Assembly: GCA_000990355.1 (NCBI GenBank)
Contig: LBSX01000002.1
Coordinates: forward strand, 6,000 to 69,999
Direction: 5' to 3'
DNA length: 64,000 bases
Origin: Candidatus Magasanikbacteria bacterium GW2011_GWC2_37_14
Lineage (GTDB): Bacteria > Patescibacteriota > Patescibacteriia > Magasanikbacterales > UBA922
This document shows, piece after piece, positions 1 through 8,690 of this stretch; positions within the stretch are counted from its first letter, which is position 1, and each line of letters opens with the position of its first letter. A program made the translations under genes and the position numbers. The notes below the pieces were generated by a model. The model was given only the letters and a program-made list of their open reading frames with translations. It had not been told where the DNA came from and did not search any database.

Positions 1-2
1 CT

Positions 3-572
3 TTGTTAAAAAAAGAATTCGATATTCATCGAGCCAAAAATCAACAACATCCTTTGCAAGAAAAATATGGCATAGATGCTGTACCAGCACAACACGAAAA
101 ATTAAATGAATGGCGCGAGAATTTTGTAGGTATTCAGTATGAACATCCGGAATTAGGAATCACTATTACTGGGGCAATTGATGATTTATGGGTAAATTCA
201 GCTGGTGAATATATTGTGGTAGATTATAAATCTACTTCCAAGGCCGAAAAAATTGAAGCCTTGGATCAAGAGTGGCAAAATGGTTACAAAAGACAAATGG
301 AAGTTTACCAATGGCTTTTGCGAAAAAATGGTTACCAGGTTTCTAATACTGGATATTTTGTGTATTGTAATGGCGATACCGACAAAGAAGCTTTTGATGG
401 TAAATTAGAATTTGAAATTACTTTAATTGTTCACGAAGGTAATGATAGTTGGGTAGAACAAAGAATTAAAGAAGCTCATGAATGTTTAAAAATTGATAGT
501 TTGCCTAACCCGGGCAAAGCTTGTGATTATTGCGCTTATCGCCAGGGAGTGAAAGAAGTTTTGAGTGTTTAA
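3..572 (+). CDS. C-terminal fragment of a PD-(D/E)XK nuclease (RecB/Cas4-like), 5'-partial
   Basis: Motif IDDLWV...EYIVVDYKSTSK resembles the D...(D/E)XK core. C-terminal cysteines (CDYCAY) resemble the Fe-S/Zn cluster of Cas4/AddB nucleases. The ORF runs off the window start. Confidence 0.5.
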   Translation: MLKKEFDIHRAKNQQHPLQEKYGIDAVPAQHEKLNEWRENFVGIQYEHPELGITITGAIDDLWVNSAGEYIVVDYKSTSKAEKIEALDQEWQNGYKRQMEVYQWLLRKNGYQVSNTGYFVYCNGDTDKEAFDGKLEFEITLIVHEGNDSWVEQRIKEAHECLKIDSLPNPGKACDYCAYRQGVKEVLSV

Positions 573-574
573 TT

Positions 575-1072
575 ATGCAGTTACCATATAGAAAACCAGG
601 AAAATATAGTCAAATAAAAATTGATCTTCTTTTAACAGAAGAGAAATTTAATGAACTTAAAAAAGATTTAGAAAAATTAAAAAGAAAACAACCTCAGGCA
701 GCTGCCGAAGTGGTTCGTTTGGCGGAGCTTGGTGATTTTTCGGAAAATGTAGAGTACCAATTAGCCAAGGGTAAGTTAAGGGGGATAAATAATGCTATTC
801 TAAAATTGGAATATCAAATAGATCATGCAGAAATAATTAAACCAGAAAAACAAAAAAATACAGTGCAAATTGGTCACGAGGTTTGGGTGCTCGTGAGTGG
901 CCAAGAAAAAAGATTCCAAATTTTGGGTTCAAGCGAGACTAATCCCGAAAAAGGGATTGTGTCTTATTCATCACCACTTGGTTTGGCGCTTTTGGGGCAT
1001 AGAGTCGGGGAGCATGTAAGAGTGAGTTTAGGTGAGCGGGAAATAGAGTACCAGATTTTAAAAATTGAGTAA
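575..1072 (+). CDS. greA: Transcription elongation factor GreA
   Basis: N-terminal coiled coil followed by an FKBP-like C-terminal domain (VSYSSPLGLALLGHRVGEHV). Length is about 165 aa from the internal ATG at 575. Confidence 0.8.
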   Translation: MQLPYRKPGKYSQIKIDLLLTEEKFNELKKDLEKLKRKQPQAAAEVVRLAELGDFSENVEYQLAKGKLRGINNAILKLEYQIDHAEIIKPEKQKNTVQIGHEVWVLVSGQEKRFQILGSSETNPEKGIVSYSSPLGLALLGHRVGEHVRVSLGEREIEYQILKIE

Positions 1073-1075
1073 ATC

Positions 1076-1104
1076 TTGACAATTCTTTGTAAATAGTGTA
1101 TACT
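1076..1104 (+). promoter_or_regulatory. Sigma70-like promoter, TTGACA-17-TATACT, upstream of cspA with a long 5' UTR
   Basis: Consensus -35 at 1076-1081 and -10 at 1099-1104. An AT-rich leader of about 85 nt follows, typical of csp genes. Confidence 0.5.
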
Positions 1105-1188
1105 AAAAATCTACAAAATATCCTTAGAAAACTAGTCGACCTTCTTCAGTGATATATAATTTGTATTTTATTCATTACATTTCATACT

Positions 1189-1389
1189 ATGAAAGGTGCA
1201 ATTAAGACCATCGTTGCTGAAAAGCATTTTGGTTTCATCACCCCTGAGGATGGTTCTAAAGACGTTTTCTTCCATGAATCCGGTTTAGTAGACCTTCAAT
1301 TTGGTGACTTAAAAGCTGGTGATATGGTAAGTTTCGACGTTGAGCAGTCCGACAAAGGACCACGCGCTATCAACGTTGTTCGCGCTTAA
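1189..1389 (+). CDS. cspA: Cold-shock protein (CspA family, S1-like OB fold)
   Basis: 66 aa. Motifs KHFGFITPEDGSKDVFFH and RGPRAINV match RNP1/RNP2 of the Csp family. Confidence 0.9.
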   Translation: MKGAIKTIVAEKHFGFITPEDGSKDVFFHESGLVDLQFGDLKAGDMVSFDVEQSDKGPRAINVVRA

Positions 1390-1403
1390 TCATTCAGATT
1401 AAA

Positions 1404-1434
1404 AACACCCCGCATTTTGCGGGGTGTTTTTTTT
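1404..1434 (+). terminator. Rho-independent terminator after cspA
   Basis: Hairpin ACACCCCGC/GCGGGGTGT followed by a run of 8 T. Confidence 0.7.
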
Positions 1435-1442
1435 AATATTTT

Positions 1443-1497
1443 CCCTCCCCTATGAGGGGAGGGGTAGCCTGCCTGCCGGTAGGCAGGGGTGGGGTTT
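1443..1497. repeat. GC-rich palindromic element, composite of family B: CCCTCCCC/GGGGAGGG hairpin, GCCTGCC/GGCAGG hairpin, GGGGTGGGG tail
   Basis: Two perfect hairpins in an AT-rich intergenic gap. The same modules recur at 37913-37949, 38421-38447 and 61331-61340. Confidence 0.6.
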
Positions 1498-1499
1498 GT

Positions 1500-2129
1500 T
1501 TATTTCTTCTTTTTTGCAACAACTTTTTTTACAGCTGCTTTTGTTTTAGTTTTCTTTTCTTTTGTAGCTTCTTTTTCAACTACTTCTTTAACAACAGTTT
1601 CTTTGGTTTTTTTTGTTTCAGGTTTGCTTTCAGTAACAACTCCCAAAAACTTCATTAATTTATCAATTTTTACATGAAGTTGCTTGATTTGTTCTGTTAC
1701 GTCGCCATTATCTCTACTACCTCTGTTTTCGTCTTTTTTAAAGCAATTACTACAATATACAGGTTTATCAGTTGGTCGAAAAGGCACTTGGCAATTGTCG
1801 CCACATTTAGCGCAAGTAGCATCATGCATCTGGCGATCAGCACCAAAGTTTGGTCTTTCGCGACGGTCGCTGGCAAAATTACTTGGTCTACTGCCGCCAC
1901 CATTGTCTTGCTGTTTGCCAAAGCAATTACTGCAAAACACTGGACGTTCACCAGATGGTCTAAATGGTAATTCACAGTTGTCTCCACATTCACTGCAAAC
2001 AGCCTTAAAACGAGCTGGTTTATCTCCATCACGGTCAAATCTACCTCCACCGCCAAATGATTTACCGCCACCAAATTTACGGCCAAAACCACCACTAGAT
2101 TTTCGATCGTCTCTATTAAAATTTTTCAT
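1500..2129 (-). CDS. Putative nucleic-acid-binding protein: N-terminal RGG/Gly-Arg-rich region, two tandem CxxC-x-CxxC zinc ribbons (CxxCGDNCxxPFRP...PV(F/Y)CSNCF), C-terminal lysine-rich tail
   Basis: Two near-identical zinc-ribbon repeats. The GGFGRKFGGGKSFGGGGRF segment is RGG-like. The tail KKTKTKAAVKKVVAKKKK is histone H1-like. The gene is convergent with cspA. Confidence 0.6.
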   Translation of the reverse strand: MKNFNRDDRKSSGGFGRKFGGGKSFGGGGRFDRDGDKPARFKAVCSECGDNCELPFRPSGERPVFCSNCFGKQQDNGGGSRPSNFASDRRERPNFGADRQMHDATCAKCGDNCQVPFRPTDKPVYCSNCFKKDENRGSRDNGDVTEQIKQLHVKIDKLMKFLGVVTESKPETKKTKETVVKEVVEKEATKEKKTKTKAAVKKVVAKKKK

Positions 2130-2207
2130 ATTTCAATATTTTATATTAATTAAACAACAAGTGACCTAAGCTTACCACAGAATGGTATAAAAAACAAGGG
2201 GCGTGGT

Positions 2208-3380
2208 CTAAAAATGATTTGTTTGAGCTTCTTGATATAATTTTTCAAAAGCAAGAATAGTGGTAGAGACATCGTGTTTTTTAATAATTTCCAAACTTTC
2301 TTGGCCAAATTTTTGGCGTAAGTCACTATTTTCTAGTAATTGTTTAAGATAATTAGCCAATTCCAAATAGTTATTATCATTAAACAAAAAACCATTTTCA
2401 TTAGGGTAAACTAATTCTGGTAAAGCCAAAGCATTGGCAGCTACCACAGGTAAACTAGTAGCCATAGCTTCCATTGTTACCAAACTTTGTAATTCTGCAG
2501 TGCCAGCCATTACAAAAATATTTGCCAAAGGATAAACAAAAGGTAAGTCTTCGTCACTTACATATCCCAAAAATGTTACATTATTACTAATATTTAAATT
2601 TTTAGCCAAATTTTCCAAATTTTGTCTTTCATTACCATTGCCAGCAACTATAAAATGTATATCAATATTTTTTTTCAATTCTGCAACAGCGCGTAATACT
2701 GTATCAACATGTTTTTCTGGGGATAGACGATTAACTACTAAAATAGTTGGTTTGTTTGGTAAATTATGGCGTTTTTTTAAATAATCACTATTATTATTTG
2801 GATTAAATTTTTTCATGTCTATACCACAAGAGAGAGGAATAATTTCTTGAGTTAGGCCAATTTTTTTTAAAACATTAGCTGCTGTTTTGGTAGGTGTAGT
2901 AATAATGGGTAACTTGGAAAAATTTCTTTTAAAATGCCACCAGAGTAAATTATTTAAAAGTTTTTTTATTTTTTTTGGTAAAGCCACATAATGGGTTAAA
3001 TTATCTGGCATGAAGTGGTTGGTGGCCACAATTGGCAAATGATTTTTTTTGGCAATTTGTATTAAAGCATTTTCCACGAAAAAATGTCCTTGTACGTGAA
3101 TTACGTCAGGTTTAAAGTTTAAGACAACTGGTTCTAGATGTTTTAACAAACCAAAGGGTAAACTAAAACAATAATCTTTATGAAAGCCCGAGGGCCAAGA
3201 ACTAACCCCTAAAATATTAACTTGATTATGCGTAGAGTAAATGTCATTAAAACTTTTGCCAGGGGCAATTACTAGCACTTCGTGGCCTCGCAATACTAAT
3301 TGTTCGGCCAAGCGTTGCGTAAAATAAGAAGCACCGTCGATGTTTGGATAATAAGTATCTGCGCCGATAATAATTTTCAT
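2208..3380 (-). CDS. Glycosyltransferase family 4 (GT-B, group 1)
   Basis: N-terminal start MKIIIGADTYYPNIDGAS. C-terminal EAMATSLPVVAANALALPELV motif with E-x7-E-like region. 390 aa. Confidence 0.8.
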   Translation of the reverse strand: MKIIIGADTYYPNIDGASYFTQRLAEQLVLRGHEVLVIAPGKSFNDIYSTHNQVNILGVSSWPSGFHKDYCFSLPFGLLKHLEPVVLNFKPDVIHVQGHFFVENALIQIAKKNHLPIVATNHFMPDNLTHYVALPKKIKKLLNNLLWWHFKRNFSKLPIITTPTKTAANVLKKIGLTQEIIPLSCGIDMKKFNPNNNSDYLKKRHNLPNKPTILVVNRLSPEKHVDTVLRAVAELKKNIDIHFIVAGNGNERQNLENLAKNLNISNNVTFLGYVSDEDLPFVYPLANIFVMAGTAELQSLVTMEAMATSLPVVAANALALPELVYPNENGFLFNDNNYLELANYLKQLLENSDLRQKFGQESLEIIKKHDVSTTILAFEKLYQEAQTNHF

Positions 3381-3383
3381 AAT

Positions 3384-3977
3384 TTATTTGATAAGTTTTT
3401 TCTCTAAATAATTACCAATAAATAAATAGCCAATAAAGATTAAAATAATTATAACCGAAAAAATAATTGTGCCATAAGTTAAATAAGAATTAATTTTTTC
3501 TGAAAGTTGGCCAAGGTAATATCCAATGATTAAAAAAAATAAGGTTTTGGGTATGGTAGCCATTAAATCATATAAGAAAAAAAGCCACCAGTTTATTTTA
3601 ATTATACCAGCGGCTATAAGTATTGGTACTCCGGCCATGTGGGTGATTTTTCCAATGATTAGGGTTTTTCTAGGATGATTGTGAAAAATGTGTTTTAAAA
3701 AATTTAGACGTTTTTCTGACAATTTAGTAAAATTAGCATATTTTTCTGCGAGTTTTTTTCCACCCCAATAACCAGCTAAATAATAAAGACTGTCACTTAC
3801 CATTTCTGCGGCTATAATAATTACAAAAGCCAATAACCAATTAAACAAATCGTGAGCTAATAAAAAACCCACAAACATAGTTATTAGTGGGCCCTCAATA
3901 ATTACAAAAATAAAAACCAGCAAATAACGGTATATAGGTAAAAGTGTGGCAATTGTTGTTAGAGTTAAGAGGTCCAT
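3384..3977 (-). CDS. DedA/VTT-domain family membrane protein
   Basis: Multi-TM protein with the FVIIEGPLITMFVGF motif typical of DedA. Start moved to the internal Met at 3977 to limit overlap with the upstream gene. Confidence 0.55.
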   Translation of the reverse strand: MDLLTLTTIATLLPIYRYLLVFIFVIIEGPLITMFVGFLLAHDLFNWLLAFVIIIAAEMVSDSLYYLAGYWGGKKLAEKYANFTKLSEKRLNFLKHIFHNHPRKTLIIGKITHMAGVPILIAAGIIKINWWLFFLYDLMATIPKTLFFLIIGYYLGQLSEKINSYLTYGTIIFSVIIILIFIGYLFIGNYLEKKLIK

Positions 3978-3991
3978 TTTAATGTTATACA

Positions 3992-6583
3992 TTATATAGC
4001 AAATAAAAACCCATAACTCAAAGAAGTATAGGCCATATCTTGCCAAACAGTAAATTCATTCATATCCGGCATGCGGGCCCAAGGAGCATATTGTCGAAGG
4101 GCAGGAATATTTTTTGGGGTGGGATAAAAATTATTATACACCAAACAACCCCAAGCATCGGTAGGTTCACAATCGCCGTCATAATCTCGTGCATGGGGAC
4201 CATAAATAGGTAATCCAGGGACTGGTTTTTCTTGTTGGTCATACATAGAATTCAAATGTAGTGGAAATTCGGGATTTCTAATTCCTAATCCAGTTATCCA
4301 AGAAAGACCCAAAGGATTTTCTCCTAATTGATAATCAGCATTTAAAGAAATTGCGTCGATATATTTTTGATCTTTGGTAAAATAATATGCCATTGCAGTG
4401 CCAACAATACTTCTCATAGAGTTTGATCCCGAGCCCCAAGCAATTGCGTAATTAAAATTAGTAGAATTTTTATATTTATTTTCCATAATTTGTTCTACTT
4501 CGTCATTGCCAATTTCAATAATTCTATTTTTTACTTGTTCTTGAAAATCTCTGTCAACGTTGGTGCCATTGGCATTGCTATAACCCCAAAAAGAATAAAT
4601 ATTTGCAAACCAAGTAGGACCACGATAGGTTGGGTACAATTGTTTAAATACATTTTGATATTTTGTTTCATTGGTTAAAGCAAATAATTCTCCGGCGGCG
4701 TACATTTTTTCTCTTTCTAGTTCATTCAGTTTGTCTTCGTTACTTCTTTCTACAGGCGCTGTCGTGCCAAGGCTAGTTTGTTTTTCTGCCCAATCCCAAG
4801 CTTTCAAGGCTTTATTTTTTAAATCAGTGGCTTTGTTTTTTCCGGCGGGATAATTTTCCAAAATTCTCGCTAAATGTGCAGCTGCTCCGGCAAATTTATA
4901 AGAAGTCCATCTGTTTGGAGCATATGTCCAGTAGGGAAGTGTGTCACCCTCACATGTAGAAGAACCTGGGTGAGCATAACTCTCAACGCCAGCTCTTACT
5001 CCGCCGTCTGATTCTTGTAAAGTTTCCCATAATTTTATTCCCCATAAAGCTTCATCCAAAACATCTGGAATTTGGTTTCCACTTTCCGGAATATTTAATT
5101 GATTGTCTGTAAATTTATTAGGAAACATTTCTTGTAAGGTTGTTAAATCTTCGACAATTAGTAAATGCATTGGTCTTAAATCAAAATCACCAGCATCAAA
5201 CCAACCACCACTAATATTTATCGGGTTATTTTTGGAAGTATTTTTAGAAAATTTTTCACCAAAATCTTCCAATATATTTGTTTCAAATACTTGGTTCAGG
5301 CACATTTTATGAATCCAGTTGGTATATTTTGATTCTAGGGCTGTGCCAGCCCGTTGGTGGTACAAACCGCGAATTGCTGTATAAAAGGCTGTAAAAGCAG
5401 AATCTAGCCCTACGCTAAAGACAAGAGATCGACCAATTCCTTCTACCTCAAGATAATAATTACCTTCGTTTAAATCACTTAAATCTAATTCATATAAAAT
5501 TTCTCCACTTAGATTGTCCGATCCTAAGTTTGTTGATTTTCCCGAACTGACCAATTGTTTGGAACTGGCATTATACACTTGATAATTTAATTGTGTCGGC
5601 AATATTAAAGCACCGCCAGAACCTAACCAATAACCAACATAAGCATAGCGTTCTTTTGCTTTTAAAGAAAAACCATGTTGATTAATTTTAATAGCTTTGG
5701 CAATTTGCAAATCTTTGCCAGGCATTAAATTCCAAGAAGAAAATTGTTCATTGGAAAAATAACCAATTGTTCCGTTATAAACATATTTTTTACCTGTTGG
5801 GTTAATAAGTTCTACTGTATAATTTTGATCATTTTTTAATTCTTTAGGTAAAGTTAAATACAAAGTATGTCTTAAAACAACGTCGGCTTGGTTTTGGCCG
5901 TTATAATCTCTGTCTTCAGCATCTAATACTGCCGAAAATCGATCAATTTTTGTAGGATGAACAATATTTTTGTAATTTATATCACTAGTAGAAATAATAT
6001 TCCAATTGTTTGCATTCATTATAAAATTTAAATCAATTTCACCATCAAAAATTACTTCCGCTATTTTATTAGTAATTAGTCCAATTGAATTATTTTTTAT
6101 TACGACTTCAGAAGTAGTAAATTCACTGTCTGGATATATTTCCGAGTTGTTTATGGTTAATATTCTGTCCCAGCGATAGCCCAAATTATTAAAAGCAGTT
6201 TCATTAGCAATGTGTTTTTTTAATAAAATTCCTTTTTCACTGTATTCTAAGCGATAAACTTTATTACTATTAGCATATTTTATAATTGTAAATTCTGGGT
6301 GATGGTCAGTGTAATTTATTTCACCGGCAGTTTCGTATTTATTTAATAATTCGACATCAATATTTTCAATCCAATTCCAAGGGTATTTTAAAGAGTTAAA
6401 AATATTTTCAGATTTTATCCAATATTTTTTATTGTTCAATAATATATACACCTTTGGGTCGTTGGGAATTTTTACCAAAGCGCCATGCAGGGTGTTATTA
6501 ATAGAAAATGCTTTTGGCACAAACAATACAAAGGCAAAAACTAAGTTTAAAACAATTAAACTAAATATTTTTCTTTTATTCAT
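3992..6583 (-). CDS. Secreted glycoside hydrolase, GH9-like (alpha/alpha)6 catalytic domain, with N-terminal signal peptide and Ig-like/beta-sandwich region
   Basis: Signal peptide MNKRKIFSLIVLNLVFAFVLFVPKAFS. The GGWFDAGDFDLRP motif matches the GH9 signature GGWYDAGD. C-terminal YQLGENPLGLSWITGLG matches the GH9 C-terminal region. Confidence 0.6.
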   Translation of the reverse strand: MNKRKIFSLIVLNLVFAFVLFVPKAFSINNTLHGALVKIPNDPKVYILLNNKKYWIKSENIFNSLKYPWNWIENIDVELLNKYETAGEINYTDHHPEFTIIKYANSNKVYRLEYSEKGILLKKHIANETAFNNLGYRWDRILTINNSEIYPDSEFTTSEVVIKNNSIGLITNKIAEVIFDGEIDLNFIMNANNWNIISTSDINYKNIVHPTKIDRFSAVLDAEDRDYNGQNQADVVLRHTLYLTLPKELKNDQNYTVELINPTGKKYVYNGTIGYFSNEQFSSWNLMPGKDLQIAKAIKINQHGFSLKAKERYAYVGYWLGSGGALILPTQLNYQVYNASSKQLVSSGKSTNLGSDNLSGEILYELDLSDLNEGNYYLEVEGIGRSLVFSVGLDSAFTAFYTAIRGLYHQRAGTALESKYTNWIHKMCLNQVFETNILEDFGEKFSKNTSKNNPINISGGWFDAGDFDLRPMHLLIVEDLTTLQEMFPNKFTDNQLNIPESGNQIPDVLDEALWGIKLWETLQESDGGVRAGVESYAHPGSSTCEGDTLPYWTYAPNRWTSYKFAGAAAHLARILENYPAGKNKATDLKNKALKAWDWAEKQTSLGTTAPVERSNEDKLNELEREKMYAAGELFALTNETKYQNVFKQLYPTYRGPTWFANIYSFWGYSNANGTNVDRDFQEQVKNRIIEIGNDEVEQIMENKYKNSTNFNYAIAWGSGSNSMRSIVGTAMAYYFTKDQKYIDAISLNADYQLGENPLGLSWITGLGIRNPEFPLHLNSMYDQQEKPVPGLPIYGPHARDYDGDCEPTDAWGCLVYNNFYPTPKNIPALRQYAPWARMPDMNEFTVWQDMAYTSLSYGFLFAI

Positions 6584-6631
6584 ATCTTTTATTTTACTCT
6601 AATAAGTGAGTAAAAACAATTTATTTATAAG

Positions 6632-6672
6632 ATATAAAAAAATAATGGCCCAATAAAGCCATTATTTCATTT
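6632..6672 (-). terminator. Hairpin terminator (AATAATGGC/GCCATTATT) with a downstream T-run on the minus strand
   Basis: 9-bp perfect stem flanked by an A-run on + (a T-run on -). Confidence 0.4.
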
Positions 6673-6693
6673 ATTTTACAATTTTTGTAAAAT

Positions 6694-6806
6694 TATGCTT
6701 GAGGTTCAACTGGAGTTTCTTCTGGGGTAGGTTCTACTGGAGTTGCTGTTTCCTCGACTGGAGTAGTGGCTGTAGTTTCGTCTGTAGTAGGTTCGTCTTG
6801 CATCAT
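6694..6806 (-). CDS. Possible 37-aa acidic Thr/Pro/Glu-rich small protein
   Basis: ORF MMQDEPTTDETTATTPVEETATPVEPTPEETPVEPQA is followed by the hairpin terminator. It is low complexity and could be spurious. Confidence 0.2.
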
Positions 6807-6945
6807 ATGTGTGATACTTATGTATAAAGGCCAACTAGTGTTAGTCAGTGGAATCAATTATATCACGTTTTGATTATCTTGTCAATGATAAATTTTACCT
6901 TACACTACTTGGCTCGGGGTCACGAACGACGTTCGAACCAGCTTG

Positions 6946-7404
6946 TTAGAATTTTAAAAGACTGGCAATACACAAAACTACCCCAGCACCAAAAAGACAA
7001 CCAGCCATTTTACCAACCGCGGATTTAAGCATTGTCCTTTCTTCAGACACAAATTGAAGTCTTAATTTTTCGGCAGAATAGCCCTCAAAGATCCCCGCTA
7101 TTCCGTCTGTTATGGCATTTCCGACAACACCGCCAAGGATAGCCCCTGTTACCCCACCAAAATGACCGCCAAAGATTGCCATTATCGCTAGAATACCATT
7201 ATCTATCAATCCGAAGTATATATCCGGCAAAACGGATTTTATATTTATTTTAAAAGGTAAAAGAGAGAGAAGACAAAGTATGGACAATAAAATCAACACA
7301 AGACCTATCCAGTGACCGTCGTTAACAAGATATATGCTAACCGCACCGATTATAATACAAAGTGCAAGTATGTTAACGATAGCTAAAAAGAACTTCTTAT
7401 TCAT
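6946..7404 (-). CDS. Small membrane protein with glycine-zipper region
   Basis: TM helices plus GGHFGGVTGAILGGVVGNAITDGIAGIFEG. Separated by 2 nt from the upstream GT4 gene (operon). Confidence 0.5.
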   Translation of the reverse strand: MNKKFFLAIVNILALCIIIGAVSIYLVNDGHWIGLVLILLSILCLLSLLPFKINIKSVLPDIYFGLIDNGILAIMAIFGGHFGGVTGAILGGVVGNAITDGIAGIFEGYSAEKLRLQFVSEERTMLKSAVGKMAGCLFGAGVVLCIASLLKF

Positions 7405-7406
7405 AT

Positions 7407-8585
7407 TTATTTATTAATGTTTAATCTTTTTTTGTACTTGTTTGGCTTATTAGCAACAATCTCCTTGTATATCGTCATCAATTTTGTTGTCATGTTTTTT
7501 GAACTAAATTGTTTTGAGCTTGCAAGCGCTCCTGCGGACAGTTTTTTCCGCAGAACATCATCACTTAAAATAAGCTGAATTTTTTCAACCATTTCTTTTT
7601 CAGAATTAACCAAATACCCATTAACGCCATCCTTAATGATTTCCGGAGCTACTCCGACAGGGAACGTTACGGGAATAATTCCTTGTGACATGCCTTCAAC
7701 CATACTCAAACAAAACCCTTCATAACGGGAAGTAACCAATAATATACTACCACAGAGGGCACTCAATTTTTCTTTAATTTCTGGTTTATACAGGTTTGTA
7801 TAAACAGTGTGAAGATTTATAGACGATCTTAACCAAGAACTAATGTTTTTATTAGCCGTCATTAGAATGCTAAGTTTGGGCACATCTCTAAACGCTCGAT
7901 AAGCATAAATAAGACGATCTAGCCCTTTTAATTTGAGGGTAAACACATTTTGGCCGATACGTCCCAAATAAACAAGAAAAGGGGCTGTTGTGGTCGTTGT
8001 TGGACTGTTTTCAAACCAAAAATCTTCTATCGCATTATGGACTACATGAATTTTTGTTTCATCAATTCCGCTGTTTATCAAATCGTTCTTTACTATCTCC
8101 GAGGTTGCCACAATAGCCGTGACTCGTTTAGCGACTAAATTTTCGATATCCGCTATATCTCTTAGTGGTCTTCTGGTTTTTATATTAAGTTCATTAATAA
8201 TTTTGGCTTGTTTTAATTCGTTCCAAATTTTTCTTAATTTTGGTTCAGTTTGGTTTGTGTGAGGTGTTGCGTGGATAAAACCACTCGTTGTTGAACCAAA
8301 ATGAGAAACGATAGGGGTTGAAAAAGATAAGAATGCAATCGTTGTGTATGTAGTTCCTTGGATAATATCACAGCTCAAAACTTTATTTCTATGTTCTAAC
8401 AAACTAAAAAAGAATAATATATTGTTGAAACCTTTCATGTGGTGTGGAGCGTCTACCAATTTTACTTTAGGATAAAAATGTATCATTTCGACGCCCTCTC
8501 CTTCTAATTTGCAAGAAATCAGGCTGTTTATACAACCTGCCCCAGTTTTTAATTTTTTATCTTGGTGAATAAAGGCGATTTTCAT
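7407..8585 (-). CDS. Glycosyltransferase family 4
   Basis: C-terminal EGFCLSMVEGMSQGIIPVTFPVGVAPEIIKDGVNGYLV is the GT1/GT4 nucleotide-sugar-binding motif. Confidence 0.75.
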   Translation of the reverse strand: MKIAFIHQDKKLKTGAGCINSLISCKLEGEGVEMIHFYPKVKLVDAPHHMKGFNNILFFFSLLEHRNKVLSCDIIQGTTYTTIAFLSFSTPIVSHFGSTTSGFIHATPHTNQTEPKLRKIWNELKQAKIINELNIKTRRPLRDIADIENLVAKRVTAIVATSEIVKNDLINSGIDETKIHVVHNAIEDFWFENSPTTTTTAPFLVYLGRIGQNVFTLKLKGLDRLIYAYRAFRDVPKLSILMTANKNISSWLRSSINLHTVYTNLYKPEIKEKLSALCGSILLVTSRYEGFCLSMVEGMSQGIIPVTFPVGVAPEIIKDGVNGYLVNSEKEMVEKIQLILSDDVLRKKLSAGALASSKQFSSKNMTTKLMTIYKEIVANKPNKYKKRLNINK

Positions 8586-8690
8586 ATGGTAAGTCTATCA
8601 TAAAATATGATATACAACTAGGTACATTATGCCATGCAGTTTATTTTCCAGTTCAAACGTCTTGCCTCCACCTAAGGCAACTTGCATAAA

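Noticed and set aside
1452-2169. Five overlapping ORFs on both strands (1452-1658, 1489-1677, 1674-1970, 1684-2169, 1697-2095) within the zinc-ribbon gene region
   Set aside because: They are low-complexity translations (Phe-, Leu- and Ser-rich) of the opposite or shifted frames of the Lys/Gly-rich zinc-ribbon gene. They show no motifs. The real gene is the minus-strand 1500-2129 frame with repeated Cys knuckles.
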